This document shows, in pieces, positions 38,046 through 51,470 of a stretch of DNA of 64,000 nucleotides. This DNA is from Camelus ferus (lineage: Eukaryota): contig NC_045698.1 in assembly GCF_009834535.1 (NCBI RefSeq), positions 5,334,001 to 5,398,000 of the forward strand. The letters are read 5' to 3'. Position numbers and translations under genes: made by a program. Numbering within the stretch: the first letter of the stretch is position 1; every line of letters starts with the position of its first letter. The notes beneath the pieces are model-generated. The model was not told the origin of the DNA. It saw only the letters and a program-made list of their open reading frames with translations, and searched no databases.

Positions 38046-41000
38046 GTAGGTACTTCAAACATGGAACTTCCTTGAAAAGTGTGTTCGTTGAATTAAAACT
38101 GATTTCTTGCTTAAAACAAGGAGCTTGTTGACTTACCATTTCAACAGATACACATCCCAGTAGAGAAACATGTACCCTTTATGTCACCAGCCCAGAGTAC
38201 ATGCACATCCAAGACACTAACTTGAAGGTTACTTGAAATGTGGGATGTCACACTCTAAAATCGTGTTTATGTTTATTTGTTTCTGTCAACCTTTTCTATT
38301 AGATCCTCTTAAGTTTTCGGACTATTTATAGTAGCACATACTAGTATAATAGGAAGTTTTTAGTGTACGAGGGAATTAAAATTGAAACCAAATGTGTCTT
38401 CGATGTCGGCTTTCAAGGTATAAAACTTTGGAAAATATGAAAATAGCAAATGTAGAAATATCTCTTATTAGTGTTTTAATTTAAACCAATTATGGTAAGT
38501 GCTTATGGTTTAAATGCTAGTTCAGGATGTAAGAATTAAATTGGTAAGTGTATTCTTGAGTCTAAAGCAAGTGTTGTGGGGTGGCCCCAGCTCCCTGAGA
38601 GCATCCTGAGAAAGCCAACAGTGAGACAGAAGCCCCGAAAGGTAGTCAATGTTTTGTTTTGATCATTGGAGATGACTTGAAACAGGAGAGGATACCCTGA
38701 ACCAGATTCCAAGCTCTGGGTGCATCTGACCTGATACGTGAAATCATTTCGCCGAAAGGGGTTAAGATGCCAAAATATGTCTCTGCCTCTCAGCAGTGGA
38801 CATTCTGCCTCCTCTGCCTTGTCCTTTGCAAACTTGTGTGGGTTTTGTTTGCTATGTCATAGTTTGGGTGCTTCAAATTGGATTGAAAACACTTCCAAAA
38901 GTGAGACTGTGGTTCTGATTTCCGCAAGTACACACATGGCATCTCAAGTCTCTTAACAATCCCCTGAAGACCTTGTGGGTTGTAGAGAAGACTGAGGAAC
39001 CACTGACCCATGAGAATCCTGGCCAAGTTCTAAGATACAAGGAGTTCTGAATAGGCAAGGAAGCCTGATAGATTTCTATGTTCAGATTTTCCTTGGGTGG
39101 AAAAGCACACAGACTCCACTCTCTGTCTTCCTGGCCCCCCAAAGGCTCCTGCAGCCCGTTTTTCAGGTTTGCAGGTAGGAGCTATCATTTGTGGTTCCAC
39201 TGGAAATCCAAACCTTGTTCTGATTAAAGCAGCATACGTCATTGTGTCTAAGTAGCCATACATCTCATTTTCTATTGCAAGGAATCCAGTCTTGGGGGTG
39301 GCAGGAGTCTAGCTTGTACTCAGGGTTTCAAACTGGCTTTTCCTTCCACTGTCTGAGTTGCTATGGAAAAGACACACAGGGCTGGAGGCTCGGGAGAGTC
39401 TCCAGAGCATCTTTGCTGCCTTGGTGGGATGCTTTGCTCTTCTGTACTGTCTCCCCTCCCCGCCCCGGTAGAATCTGACCTGACTGTTGAATTTTCTGTG
39501 GCTCTTGGTCCCTCCTGGACCTGCTGAGGGTGCGTCAGGGTGATCAGGATCCAACATTTCTCAGCTCCTGGTCCCTCCCATTCCCCGGGGGCTTCCCAAG
39601 ACTCTGACACCCACACACCAGATGCTAGGAAGTCTTTTTAACTCTGTGATGTCTCAAGGAGAATATTTCAAGGCTGCAAATGACCTGGTGTTTGCCTCCT
39701 CCTTTCAAGAAGCCTGTACTTGGCCAGAGCGGTCAGGAAGACTAGACTTGAAGACATCTGGTCTTTCTAAACTTCAATCAGTAGGACCCGTGACTGTGTC
39801 TCCCCCCAGTGACCAACTGACATCTGGTCCAGCTGAAATCCTGGTAAAATTCAAGAAGGAATTCTTCTCAGTCCAGTAAGAGGTTCTTTTCACTCTTTAA
39901 AACACACTGTAAGGATTTTTTTTTTTTAATTTCTACATCAAGCATAACAATAGCAGCCAATGCAAGAAGGCTTTAAGTGTGCTTTCTATGCTGCCCTCCA
40001 AATTCAGTCGAAAACTACATGGATCACCTTTGAGACTTTGGTTAAGCCTTCTCCAAGCCACAGTTTCTTCACATGGAAATTAGAGATCAACCATCTTCAG
40101 AGCCTCTCAGGAGGACTGGAAATACTCAGTGTTACAGACCAGGCAGGGTTCTAACAGATTCTCAGCAAACTGCAGCTCTATTATTTTCCAGTGCTCCGCA
40201 TTTTAGAGTGCCTATTCTTAGAAAGTTTCAGACAAACCCTTTTTTTTTTTAGACAAGAGACAACAGTACTAGCTTCATTTTTTTAATATGAGTTCTCACG
40301 GTGTTTAGAACAAAGATCACAATGATAAATGCTTGCTTCTGTGTCTAAAAAATATTACCGTTCTTACATGTGACATTTAATGTGAACTTGTTTCACTCTA
40401 CAAAGAGTAAATTTAAATTGAAGAAAAAGAAAAGCTACACATATCACAAACATCCCAGAGTGCTCATGGAGAAGTATGAGGTTTTATTATGATTTGATTT
40501 ATGGATTAAATACTGAGTTTATGAAAGAACACGTAATATCCTAGACTCATCTTGTACTAACATATGTTGACCTTCTAGAAACTTAAATGCCAAAGGCAGT
40601 ATCAACGCTAATATCCGTCTTAAATTCTCTGAGAGGAGAATGAAATTAAAATACTTCTGTCAAGGATGTTAAGAAAAAGTAAGCCTGACAGACAGCTTTC
40701 CGCTAAGATACTTACCTTTATTATCCTCCATTGCACAAAAGTGCAGCACAAGGAAATAAAGTTGACTGGTCGTTATACAACTGTGTTTGATAAAAAGGTA
40801 GAGAAACATCAAAATGGGCGAAAACTAAGACTGATGATGAAATGGAATTTTTCCCTGTTGATTAAAAAACACACACAGCTCGCTCTTTGGTGACACGTTC
40901 TGGAAAAAGTGTCGGAATCTATTTGTTACTATGATGGCGTGAGAAGCCCAGCCTCTCCTCTCCCTCGGGCACCCGCAGCCCACCCCCATCCCCCGGTGCC

Positions 41001-42454
41001 TCTCCCCGCAGCGCTCGCCCCCTGCCCCAGGCCGCCCGCTTGTCAGGTCTTCCCCTGGCACCGCGCTGGCCCCTGTGACGGGGCTTCTCCGGCGCCCTGG
41101 GACTTGGGATCCGCCGGGTAACTCAGCACTTGATTGCATAGCGTCTCATTGGCCCCCTCTTTTTTCTTTTGGTGAACGTGACTGCTGGTTCCCCTTGCAG
41201 AGCAGGTTCCTTAAGGCCAGGATTGCTTCCTACACTTGCTTCCTGTCTCCCAGCGCGTCCAGCAGGATCCTGCCGCATAACTGTGTTTACAGTAAGCATC
41301 GCTAAGCAGAAGCACTGCTGGATTCCCGTCATTTCCATCAGGTGCCTTTTTCTTCCGCCACTCACCGGGCTCCACATAACACCTCCACTGTCTCCCCAGC
41401 ACCCTGTTCATCCTCAGGCAGGGTTAGGCGTCCCCTGGGAGCACGAGTGAATCCTTCTTTCTCCAGATGCCCTGGCGTGGGGACGGGCTCTGTGTGCAAC
41501 TGAGTGTGTGAAGGAGTGAATGGCGGTTCACGGCCGCCTTCTTGCCGCGCTGAAATCCCTTCTCACGCACGTCTCGGGTCCTTGACGCTGGCATGCTTCG
41601 GGCTGGATCCTCAGTTGGAAATGATCTTCCAACCTTCATAAACCGACTCTGAAGAGCCCGCCTTTTCCACCACCAGCATCCCCAGTGCCTGCTGGTCAGC
41701 CTTCCTTTTTCCTATTCTGAGCTCTGTTCTTTTAGACAAAAAAAATCATCAGCCCTGTTTTGTTCATTGTAGCCCTTCGGGCACTTGAAACACGAGCTGA
41801 ATATTAATATCATTCGCTGGAAGGCAGGTTGGGTTGCAAATGCAACCTGCTGGCACCACTGCTCAGAGACTCTCCCACCCAGACTTGATTTCTCCCAAGC
41901 TCGCAGCTCTGAATTCAGCTCACAGTCACTGCATGCCTGCTCCAAATTCTGGCAAGTTCCTGGCATCTTGCCCCAGCATCCTGTGTCCTCACTTGTCAGA
42001 CTGCTTTAGCCGCCTCCACATCGGTGCCTTCATGAGGTCCTTAGCTTTCTCCAGATGCTGGTTAGCATTTCAGAACTGCAAACCTGAGAAGCGAAAGGAA
42101 GCTAAGAGATAACGTTTTCTGGCCCCGCATTTTGTGAACGAGGGACCCAGGACTCTGGAGATGCCATGCACTTCGGTGAGTTTCCGTTTCTACTTATTGA
42201 GAAGAAAGGTCTCCCTCCGTGAAAAACGATGCAGGAGGTGTCAGCATCCTCTCTTGAGGACGGAGATGGAACCTGCAGCTCAGGAACATGAATGTGATGA
42301 CCATAAGGCCTGCAGAGGCTTCCTGTCCTTGGATAAGAACCTTCAGAATCAGCATAAATGGCTTATGATGGGCAAAATCCCATGACTAGTTCTGTATCTG
42401 ACCTCATCGCAGTTTACAGGTAATAAATGTTCTGTTACATTAAGAATGACACTT

Positions 42455-42600
42455 GCTCTGCCAGGCATTTTCTATACACTGGCTCGTTTATCCACACGAG
42501 TCCTTGGAGGGGATGCTCATTCTACAGGCAACAAAACAGAAGCTCTCAGAGGCTACAGAACTTGCCTGTGGTATATAGCAAGTAAGGTTTTGAGCCATTG
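42455..42600 (-). mobile_element. MIR fragment
   Basis: tgccaggcatt...cattctacagg...aacagaagctctcagagg...aacttgcc. Confidence 0.55.
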
Positions 42601-43559
42601 GAAACAAGCTTTAGAACCCTAGTAGTTAAAGGGAGGCAGGTTCCAGAGGGTGCCAGGCTGTGTGTGGAGGGTCACTGGCAGATACGTGCTCGGAACGAGG
42701 CAGGGATTCCACATGCGAGGTTACGGGCCATCATGGCACTGAGGTTGTCTGGGGGTGGGGGTGACTGCTAAGCACCAGTTGGTCAAAATCACATAAATAA
42801 GTGAAGATAATCTAACGTAAAACCTAATTCATAGTCTCCTCTTCTCTCGTTTTCTAATATATTCAGCTGGTGGCCCAGTTTATGTAAAATTGGAATCTGG
42901 GCAAGGTATAATTCCATCTTCAAAGACATTCAGTAAAAATGGGGGGAAAAGTTAACTTATAAGTGGATTTAGGCCCTAAAATATTCTAGAAGGTATTCTT
43001 AACAGAAACACTTCACAAAATGTTTTCACATATATGAGAGCCCTACAAAGTGTTTTCATGATATATTTTTTATTTGATAATCAAAACAGTCCATTTTTTC
43101 TAAGTAGAAACTAAGATGTAGAGTAAGAGATTCAAGTTAACGTTTTCATTACCATCAGCAAAAAAAGGTGAGAATAGCTGTCGTCAGCATAGGAGTAATA
43201 AATGCATTTTCGCTGCCAAATGTAACTTTCTAAACCGCCCAAAGTAAAGTTCCCTCTCTGTGACAAATACAAGAGATGTAACCATAAATAACATAAATAA
43301 CACACACACAGAAACCTCCTTGATAAGATGTCTTTTAGATGACGTGTGCCCGATTCAGCAAATGAAAATGTTAGAGAATGTCAGGGGAAATTTTTCTCTC
43401 TGTGGTTTTCTTGTGCTTTGTGTAGCAGAGCTAATATGCTGTCAGCCCACCAGCCTTGTTCCAGGCAGAGCTGAGAGCACAAATACACAGACAGTCCTGG
43501 GGAAGGGAAGTAGGTCACACACCAGCTGATAGAAAAGCGTTCTGCCCACAGGAGTGTTT

Positions 43560-45100
43560 TTCCCTTGAAGTCTGTGTTCTCTAATATCAATATAACTCTG
43601 CCAGGTTGTTATATTCCCAGTGTCCCTTTTCCCATCTTGTTCAGTTTTCCCTTGCTGTACAGGTGTGTCTCTTGTAAACAGCATCTAGCTGTATGTTACG
43701 TTCTCTGATCCGAGAGTCTCTCTCTTTTACCTGGCGGGTATAATACATTTACGTGTATTATAATTATTGCTAGTCTTATCTTGCTTTTTTCAGTCTGTCA
43801 TATGTGTTCTTTGCTTCTACTTATTTTTCCTCCTTTCCTACCTTCTCTTGGACTAATGGAGTGTATTTATTCTCCTTTTTTCCTGCTAGTGACTTGACAG
43901 TTATATATTCTAGTCTTGTCTTTTAGCAATTAACGTAAAATGTGTAACATGCACATGACTAACAGGGCCTATTGTTAACTCCATCTTTCTGTTGAAGAAT
44001 ACAGCGGCCATGCTCTAAATCTCTAAATCTGATCATCCTTTTTCATTCTCCTTACTAGTGTTATTTAGATATTCCTAAATTTAATCAATACATTGTTATT
44101 ATTCATTATTATCACTCTTCTTGCTTAACAATCTGTCTGTTCACCATTCTTCTGAATATCATTTTTGCCTCCAGGACTCAGTGTTCATATTTCCATAAGA
44201 TTATTCCTTTGTAATCCTTTCCGTGAGAGCTTTGCATAATCTACCCAATCCACTTTTGTATTAAAAATAACCTTCTTTCCTCATTGACTAATAATTTATG
44301 ATAACTTTTCTAACATTTTTAAAACTTGAGTCCATATTTTCCTGGATTTTAATATACTGAGGGGAGATCTACAGTCTCATTGTTGTTCCTTGATAGATAA
44401 TGTCTTTCTTCTGATTGTTTTTGTAGGACTCGCTCTTTGTCTGTCCTGGGTAATAGATTCCTTGTCTTAAGGATAGGTTTACTTTCATTTTTCCTGTTTG
44501 CAACTCAATGCATCATCTCAACCACAGAGCTCATCTTCTGCTCCAGGTTCACCAACTTGTTGCCCCATGTTTCCTTGTATTTTGCCTCTTTCCAAGTCTT
44601 TCTGTTCTGTTTCCTCAAACTTTCATTACAAGTATGTTGAATCTTTTTATTTTACACTCTGTGCCTCAACAACTCTTTTATACTTTTTATCTCTATGCTT
44701 CTGTTTTTCCCTCAGAGCTGAGTGTTTTAAGTTCAGTATCTACATGTTGATCGCTGGAGAGTCTATGGGGCTCATTTTTAAAATATACCTGTTACTTTCT
44801 CTTAACTGGTCGTTCATTATGAACTCTAATCTGTCTTTTATTAATTTAATCTTATTTTATAGACTATTTCAGATTGATATAATATTTGCAGATCTTATAA
44901 TACTGATTCTAATGTCTGTTATTTCTGTTGATTCCTCCTTGTATGGTCCATTGCCTTATGTAGTTCATAACTTTTGTTTATTGTGGGGTCATCACCCAAC
45001 TGGGACACACCCTGCACCCTGTGATATAAAGTATCATTTGCAAGCAGTGTTGTTCTTGATTCTACCAGAGCCTCAAGGACTGTCTCTGGTTTTTGGTCTG
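43560..45100 (-). mobile_element. Old L1 fragment(s), antisense
   Basis: ccttgaagtctgtgttctctaatatcaatata...gtgtctcttgtaaacagcat... in a T-rich context. Boundaries are approximate. Confidence 0.6.
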
Positions 45101-48054
45101 ACTGAAAACCATCTAACTTGAGATTCTCATTATGAAGCAAATAACGTGGTTTCAAAACCAATGCCCATGTTTAGAGTTTCAATTATCACTGGAAGCTTAT
45201 TGATACTTCCCTGACCTAGTGTACAGAGTTCTTCTAGACTTTCCCACATGAAGAGAACAACCTTCTGAAGCTTCTGGTCTTATTCATGGGTCTTGGTCGC
45301 AGCTGCCATTTTTTTCCAAGCCCAAGGCAACACCTTTCCCCTGTGGGTATTAAAATCCTAAGTCCTAGGTGATGTCCAGTTCCTGGACATTCCTGGACCA
45401 ATCCCACAGCTTCAGCCCCTCTAGCAGTGACCTACTTCTTTGTTTCGGCCCCCTGGGAATTCCTCTTCGGGTCCTTCGTTAAGACAGTGAACTTATCGAG
45501 CAAGCATCTGTTGAGTTCTGACTATTTGTTGGACACTGTGCTGCCTCTGGGAACACAGAGATGGGTGTGAGGTGGTCATTGTCCTCAACCACCTCTCCAT
45601 GTGGCCAGAGACAAGCATGTCAGCAAAAATAACACAACGTGGACAATGCTGTGAGTGCCATGCAGTGGGTGAATAACCAAGGAATATGGCTCACCCACGG
45701 CGGGCAAAAGAAACAGGTTGATTTTGTAACACATGACTGATTGGAGTAAAGGTCTGCAGGAAATCCAAGTACAAATAAATAATTAAAGTACACACATCAG
45801 TGTCTGTGACATTGTGTCAAGCAATTATTGCTGCAGCTTGTTGCTGCCATTCAAAAAGACAGCCCTTGCCCAATTAAAATGCCAAAGTAGATGTTCCTTT
45901 AGACAAATACACAAAAGTGCATGTTTATATGATAAACTTCACCATACTTTTCAGGCAAGATTTTTAAGATGAGGTCTGTTTTTCTAATATTAAAAGTTTG
46001 TCCCTCAGCCACTATGACATGCTTACAACTCTCTGAGATGTTTTCCATTTAATTACACTTCACTTTATATAAGCATCTACTTCTTTTTCAGGTACCTCAT
46101 TTTATTACCATTCAAAGGAACACTAATGAGATTGCAAACACAATCTGCTTTTATAATTGTTACATTAAATTATGAGGAATTTTAGAATGAGCGACCACCA
46201 GTTGTTTCCATTGCAAAAGGTGAAAAAAAAAAAAGGAAGGAAGGGAAAATATTTTTGATGGGGATATTTTTTCTTTTTTTTCTTTTTTTTCTTTTTTTTA
46301 ATCCAAAATGCAGTGTCTGAAAGACTTATTTTTGCTTGGAGAACTTTCTGCCTGTACTGAATGAAGGGCATTAGCATTCATCCCACACCCTTTCTAGCCA
46401 CCCACACTGCTCATCGTCCCCAGTGCCAACCCCATGATAGGGTTTCACATAAATTTATATTCTTTCTCCTTTTACATCTCCCACCACAGTTAGTACCAAC
46501 TCCGCATACATCACTGGATGGATGTGGTATTAACAGCCAAGAGCATTTCCAGAAGGTGCACAGTGAGCTCGCCGTAAGTAATAAGAAGCAATCATAGGAT
46601 ACAGTGAGCCTCACTGATGATCAGGACAGGGAGAAATTGGATTTGGCTGGAATGATGCCAGTGATTACACCAAAGATCAAGCAGAATGAATACACTGAGC
46701 TCCGAGCAGGCATGCTCTCATTTTCATATGAATAGCATCTCCTGAATAAATGCCAAAATGGCCTTTGAGATGTTATTTAAAATGTTTCATTAGGATGGTA
46801 TAAATTCTGATAAACTTATTTTTCCATCAGGGACTTTATTACAATACTGAACCCAAAAGAGAATAAACTGAAGAAAATGATCATGTCAAGACCCAAGTTG
46901 TAACTTTTATTCAGAGCTGCAAATGGAATCAATGCCCCCATTTTTCCCCCAGTTTCCTTCTGTTTTAAGGTCTTAGGCTTTTTTCTCCTTTTCTCCCACC
47001 ATTGGTTTCTTCTCTTCCCTCTGACTTCTTTGTCTCCCTCCTCTTCCTCCCTCAAGGTCGTTATAGTTCAGGGTCACATCTCCATCATCTTCTTCTGTTT
47101 CCTTGTCACTGGCAGTGTTACCAACTTTCATATTTCAGAAGTTTTATTTCCTTTGCCTCTCCTCAGTGATGAGATGGAAAGATGGGGGAGGCTGCCTGCC
47201 TCTGTGACCTGGCGAATGATGAGTATTTGGCATAATAGGTTTAAAAACGATTGCATGGTTGGGGGCGGGGGGTGGGGAGGGCTGGGAGGCACATATGAAG
47301 ACAAAGCAGGAGAAAGAATTGTACTTACTGCATCCTGAGTCTGTTGTCCTGAACCCAGCAGGTGCCAAACCCACGTCTTTAGTGACTAGTTCCAGCTGTT
47401 GCTCTTTGCGGGGCTGAAGAGGATCACGACAGTTTTCCAGGACAGCCTCCACGTGTACGGGAAGCAGGAAGAGGCAGTAGTTTTTAAGGCCACCAGTTTG
47501 TAATTTTACCCAGTGTGTCACAGGAGCAGAAAAAAATCATGTGTGTCTGCCCACAAGAGCCTATGAGCAGAGTAGGCCATATTCCTATTAGATGGTGTAT
47601 TTGACAATATTGTCACCATGCTGTATTCTAAAAACACAAACAGTAATTTCTTAGATTTCATAATCTCAATACTGTGCCTGTGTAATAACTAGATACTATT
47701 TTACCTAATTGACTGTGATGTGGAATCTGAGCTGGATTTGAATATTCTCCTAAAGTAGTAGTATTGTGGTTTCTGCTCTTAAAATTGCTATTATCATCTT
47801 TATGGACAGTTTCTGTATACAGACACAAAAGCATCGATCTTAACAATTTTCTTTTAAATAAGAACACCAGCCCTACTCAATGAGGGTGCAAGTACATAAA
47901 TGTGGTCTGCAGCTGCCAGGATCCAGGCAGAGGCCTCACCTCCTAATGGGACGTGAGCTAGGCGGCCGCGACCTTCTGTTTGGATCTCCACTCCTTACAC
48001 TCGCTGTGGCTTCTCCTCCGCAGATCTGCCTGCGGGCTGTGCTATCAGTGTTAT

Positions 48055-48165
48055 TCAAAGCATTCCATTCTAGGTAGAGACCACATACTGTTTATCCACT
48101 CATCTGTTGATGGGCACTTGTGTTGCTTGCAACTGTTGGCTATGGTGAATAACCATGCAGTGCGC
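48055..48165 (-). mobile_element. L1 3' fragment
   Basis: tgtttatccactcatctgttgatgggcacttgtgttgcttgc. Confidence 0.7.
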
Positions 48166-48779
48166 TAAACAATAATGCTAAACACTTTTCCTCCAGCTGG
48201 AGGACCCTGCAAGATATTGCATATTCAGAGCATTAAACGGCACTTTGTTGGATGATAGAGTTAAGGCCACCACCAACCCCCATCTGAGCCCTGCTCTGGG
48301 GAAGAAGCTTGAGGCATAAATCTGGCTCCTTCAGAGCTATTGGTGGGAAGATGCTCTGCAGAGCCCGGCTGAGGGCGCCCCCTGCTGCCAGCCATCCCTT
48401 CAGCTCCTGGCCGCCTCTGGAACCCAGGGCGGCACTGGTCCATTCTCCCGGACAAGAACGGAGGAGAAACCAGAGAAGGACCCGGGAGAATCCACCCAAG
48501 CCGTGAGCCCTAAACACCGTCCCGGGATCCTGCGCTAGTGGGGGCTGTGCTGTAGACAGCTACTCTGTATCTCTTTATATCAGGAACTGGAGTAAGAACA
48601 ACTGCAGCAGAAGGAAGGGGGAAAATGGTCCTTTGTTCATCCAGATACAAAGCAAATAGATGTTTAGTCCTTAGGCTTCTGAGAAGTAGTATGTTTTCCT
48701 CACAAATAGAAGAAGCAGCGCTAACTCCTGTGTCCTGTTCCGGGCACCTTGTATAGCTCACTGAAGTCTCCTAAAAGAC

Positions 48780-48865
48780 CCAAAAGGTATTATGGTACTC
48801 ATTTCAGAGATGAAGAAACTGAGGCCAGAGAGGGTAATTAACTTGCAGAAAGTTTCACAGCCGTC
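48780..48865 (-). mobile_element. MIR fragment
   Basis: catttcagagatgaagaaactgaggccagagagggtaattaacttgc. Confidence 0.7.
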
Positions 48866-48985
48866 GGGGTGTGACCCTCAGCCACAGGGATCCTTACCTT
48901 TCTAAGCCCCTCTCATCCAGAGTTACACAATCTCAGTTCATTGTTATATCAGCGGTTAACTTACTGCCATGCTTGTGTCAGTGAT

Positions 48986-49168
48986 ATTTTTTTAATTTTA
49001 TTTTTTAATTGAAATGTAGTTGATTGACAGTGTTAGCACCAGGTATGTAACAAAGTGTTTCAGTTATACATATACATACATATATACATAATTTTTTTCA
49101 GATTCTTTTCCATTCCAGCTTATTAAAGAAATTGAATATAGTTCCCTGTGCTACCCAGTAGGTCCTTG
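48986..49168 (-). mobile_element. 5'-truncated L1 3' end (cetartiodactyl-type)
   Basis: Poly-T, then ttaattgaaatgtagttgatt...gaatatagttccctgtgctacccagtaggtccttg. Confidence 0.8.
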
Positions 49169-49764
49169 AGAATATTTTTAAGAATAAAGCAGAAAGCAAA
49201 TGTGAAATAAGTAGAGAAATAAAGGGCTATCTATGAGTGCTCTTCAGGGGTGTTCTCTATTTGAATTTTATTGATGCCACAGCAGTTTTATCTTTCTGTT
49301 AATAGTGCAAGTCAAAAGTGTATAATATATTTATTCTTCCTTCTGATTCTTTTTTTGGAATTACACCTTTATTCTAATGGTTCCAGGAAACAGCCTCCGG
49401 TGCCCAGTTTCTTTGGGATGAAGGTTAAAATTTGGATCCCTGCAGAACCCTTAGGGGCTGCCTGTCGTATCAGATAACGTATGTAACACGCGGAAATACC
49501 CGCAGGCGTGCCTGACGCAGGCCGCACCTGCGTCACCCACCCCTCAGGACTCTCCCGGCTTCTGCCCTCCCACCCCCTGGGTGAAGGGGAGCATCACAGT
49601 GGCTCCTACCCGGGAAGGTGGCCTTGAGGAGGAGGTTAGCCCCTAATGAGTTCCCACCAAGCAGAGTCTGGCCCACAGAAAATGGTGAGGGGATGCTGGC
49701 TGCCTTTCTGTGAAGACCTCAGTTCGTCCTGTATCAAAAGGAAGGGCTTCTCCAGCACCGTGAT

Positions 49765-50235
49765 GCTGTTCCTTGCAGCCTTATTCACAGCAGCCAATGG
49801 TTGGCAGCAACACAAGTGTCCGTCAGCAGATGAACGCATAAACAAAATGTGGTCTCTACACAGGATGGAATGTTCTCCAGCCTTAGAAAAAGAAAGGAGT
49901 CCTGCCGCAGGCTGCCCCCGTGGACGGCCCTGGAGGCCATCGTTACACTAAGTGAAACAAGCCCATCACAAAACAAACGCCCCGCGATTCCGCTTGCACG
50001 CGGGCCTGGAGTGGTCAGACTCTTAGAGACAGAAAGCAGAATGGTGGTGGCCACGGACGAGGAGACGTGTTGAGTGGGCGTGGAGTTTCAGTTGTGCGAG
50101 ATGGAAAGTTATAGAGATCTGCTACCCAGCACTGTGCGTATAGTTGACACTGCTGAGCTGCTCACTTAAAAAATGGGTAAGAGGGTACATTTGCTATTAT
50201 GTGTTTTTTTTAACACAGTTAAAAATCAAAAATTT
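49765..50235 (+). mobile_element. L1MA/MB-type 3' end, strongly GC-shifted
   Basis: ttattcacagcagcca...aagtgtccgtcagcagatgaacgcataaacaaaatgtgg...ctaagtgaaacaagcc...gagacagaaagcagaatggtggt...cacttaaaaaatgg. Confidence 0.85.
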
Positions 50236-50739
50236 TATAGTAAAAAGTAGAGCTTCTCCACATGGGGGGAGCCCTCTCAGGCCAGGGTGCGGTAAAGCCG
50301 TCACGCCGGGCACAGCGGGGACCTCCGGGCGCCGTCTGCGCAGGTGCAGGCCCCAGACGGTTTTGTCGTCCGGTTGTGTTCTTGGGATTAGCTGCACGTT
50401 GATCTGTTTTCTACATAAATCATTGAAATGTATGAAAATGGCTTCGTCACAGCTGTGACCTGAGAGCCAGCACACTCCCCAGAGTGGTTTAGTTAACAGA
50501 CATATTTTCCCTTTACCAGATTTTTTTAGACATCATTCCAGGTCTGTCTTAAAGGACACACAAGCGTATCCTAATTTGTCATAGAAATTGAATTAATTTG
50601 TTCCTAATTGTTGCAGTGTCGTCCTCATGTTGAGTCTGTGGAGGATATGGACGCATCTGGTGGCTTTAAGCATCACTGAGAAACTTGGGAGAATGCACAA
50701 AATACTAGCGCCTTTCTTTGTCTTTCCCCCGCCTCCTAG

Positions 50740-50877
50740 CAATGCAGCAAGAAAGCCTCTGCCTCCCTCCTGTGGCTGCTGAAGTCGTCCAGCATCATCG
50801 CCAGCCGCCCCTGGCCGCGGATCTCCCTGACGGTCATCACCACGGCCATCATCCTGACCATGGCTGTGTTCAACATG
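50740..50877 (+). CDS. ADCY2: ADCY2 coding exon (~exon 16, 138 nt), TM helix
   Basis: Acceptor ctcctag|CAA and donor ATG|gtgagt. Encodes QCSKKASASLLWLLKSSSIIASRPWPRISLTVITTAIILTMAVFNM. Confidence 0.96.
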
Positions 50878-51428
50878 GTGAGTCGGGCCCTGCCGGACGG
50901 TGCTGTCCAGCGGGATTTCGAAGCCTTGCCCGCAGCTCCTTTGACAACACCAGTTGCTGCCTGTTACACTCAGCCTCCACCCGCCGCAGCAAGGGCTTTC
51001 CTGGGAGGGGGGAGGGGGGCTCCTGCCACCACCGGCTTCCCACCTCCTGGCTCCTGCGGGTCCCAGCTAAAGAGATGCCACCAAGTGTCAGCAGGGTGGT
51101 CACCCGGGGACGACAGAACCAGCAGATGAAGGAGAGCGCAGTGGGAAATGTGTCCCACTCTGGGGTCTCAAATGCCTGATTTCAGACATGCTGTGCAATT
51201 TTGAAGATTCTTCATTAAATTTACCCAGACTCCACTTCACTTCTTGAAAATGAGAGCTGGCACCTCTCTGCCAAGGTGGATTTCAGGGCAAACGAACTGG
51301 TGCTCTTAACACACTCAGCATGGCATCAAGCATTTGGTAACCAGTGGTCGCTCTTAACGATATCAGCATTATTACTGGTGTCTCCTTAAAAGTAAGACGC
51401 TTAGGTGATCGGTACACACTGAGACACG

Positions 51429-51470
51429 TCCTTATTGTTATTCTGACATCCTTATTGTTATTCTGACATC
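51429..51470. repeat. Perfect 20-bp tandem duplication
   Basis: TCCTTATTGTTATTCTGACA twice, plus TC. Confidence 0.9.

Noticed and set aside
44498..45121. Longest ORF in the track (207 aa, hydrophobic)
   Set aside because: It lies in T-rich antisense L1-like sequence. The F/L/I bias is compositional and there is no recognisable domain.
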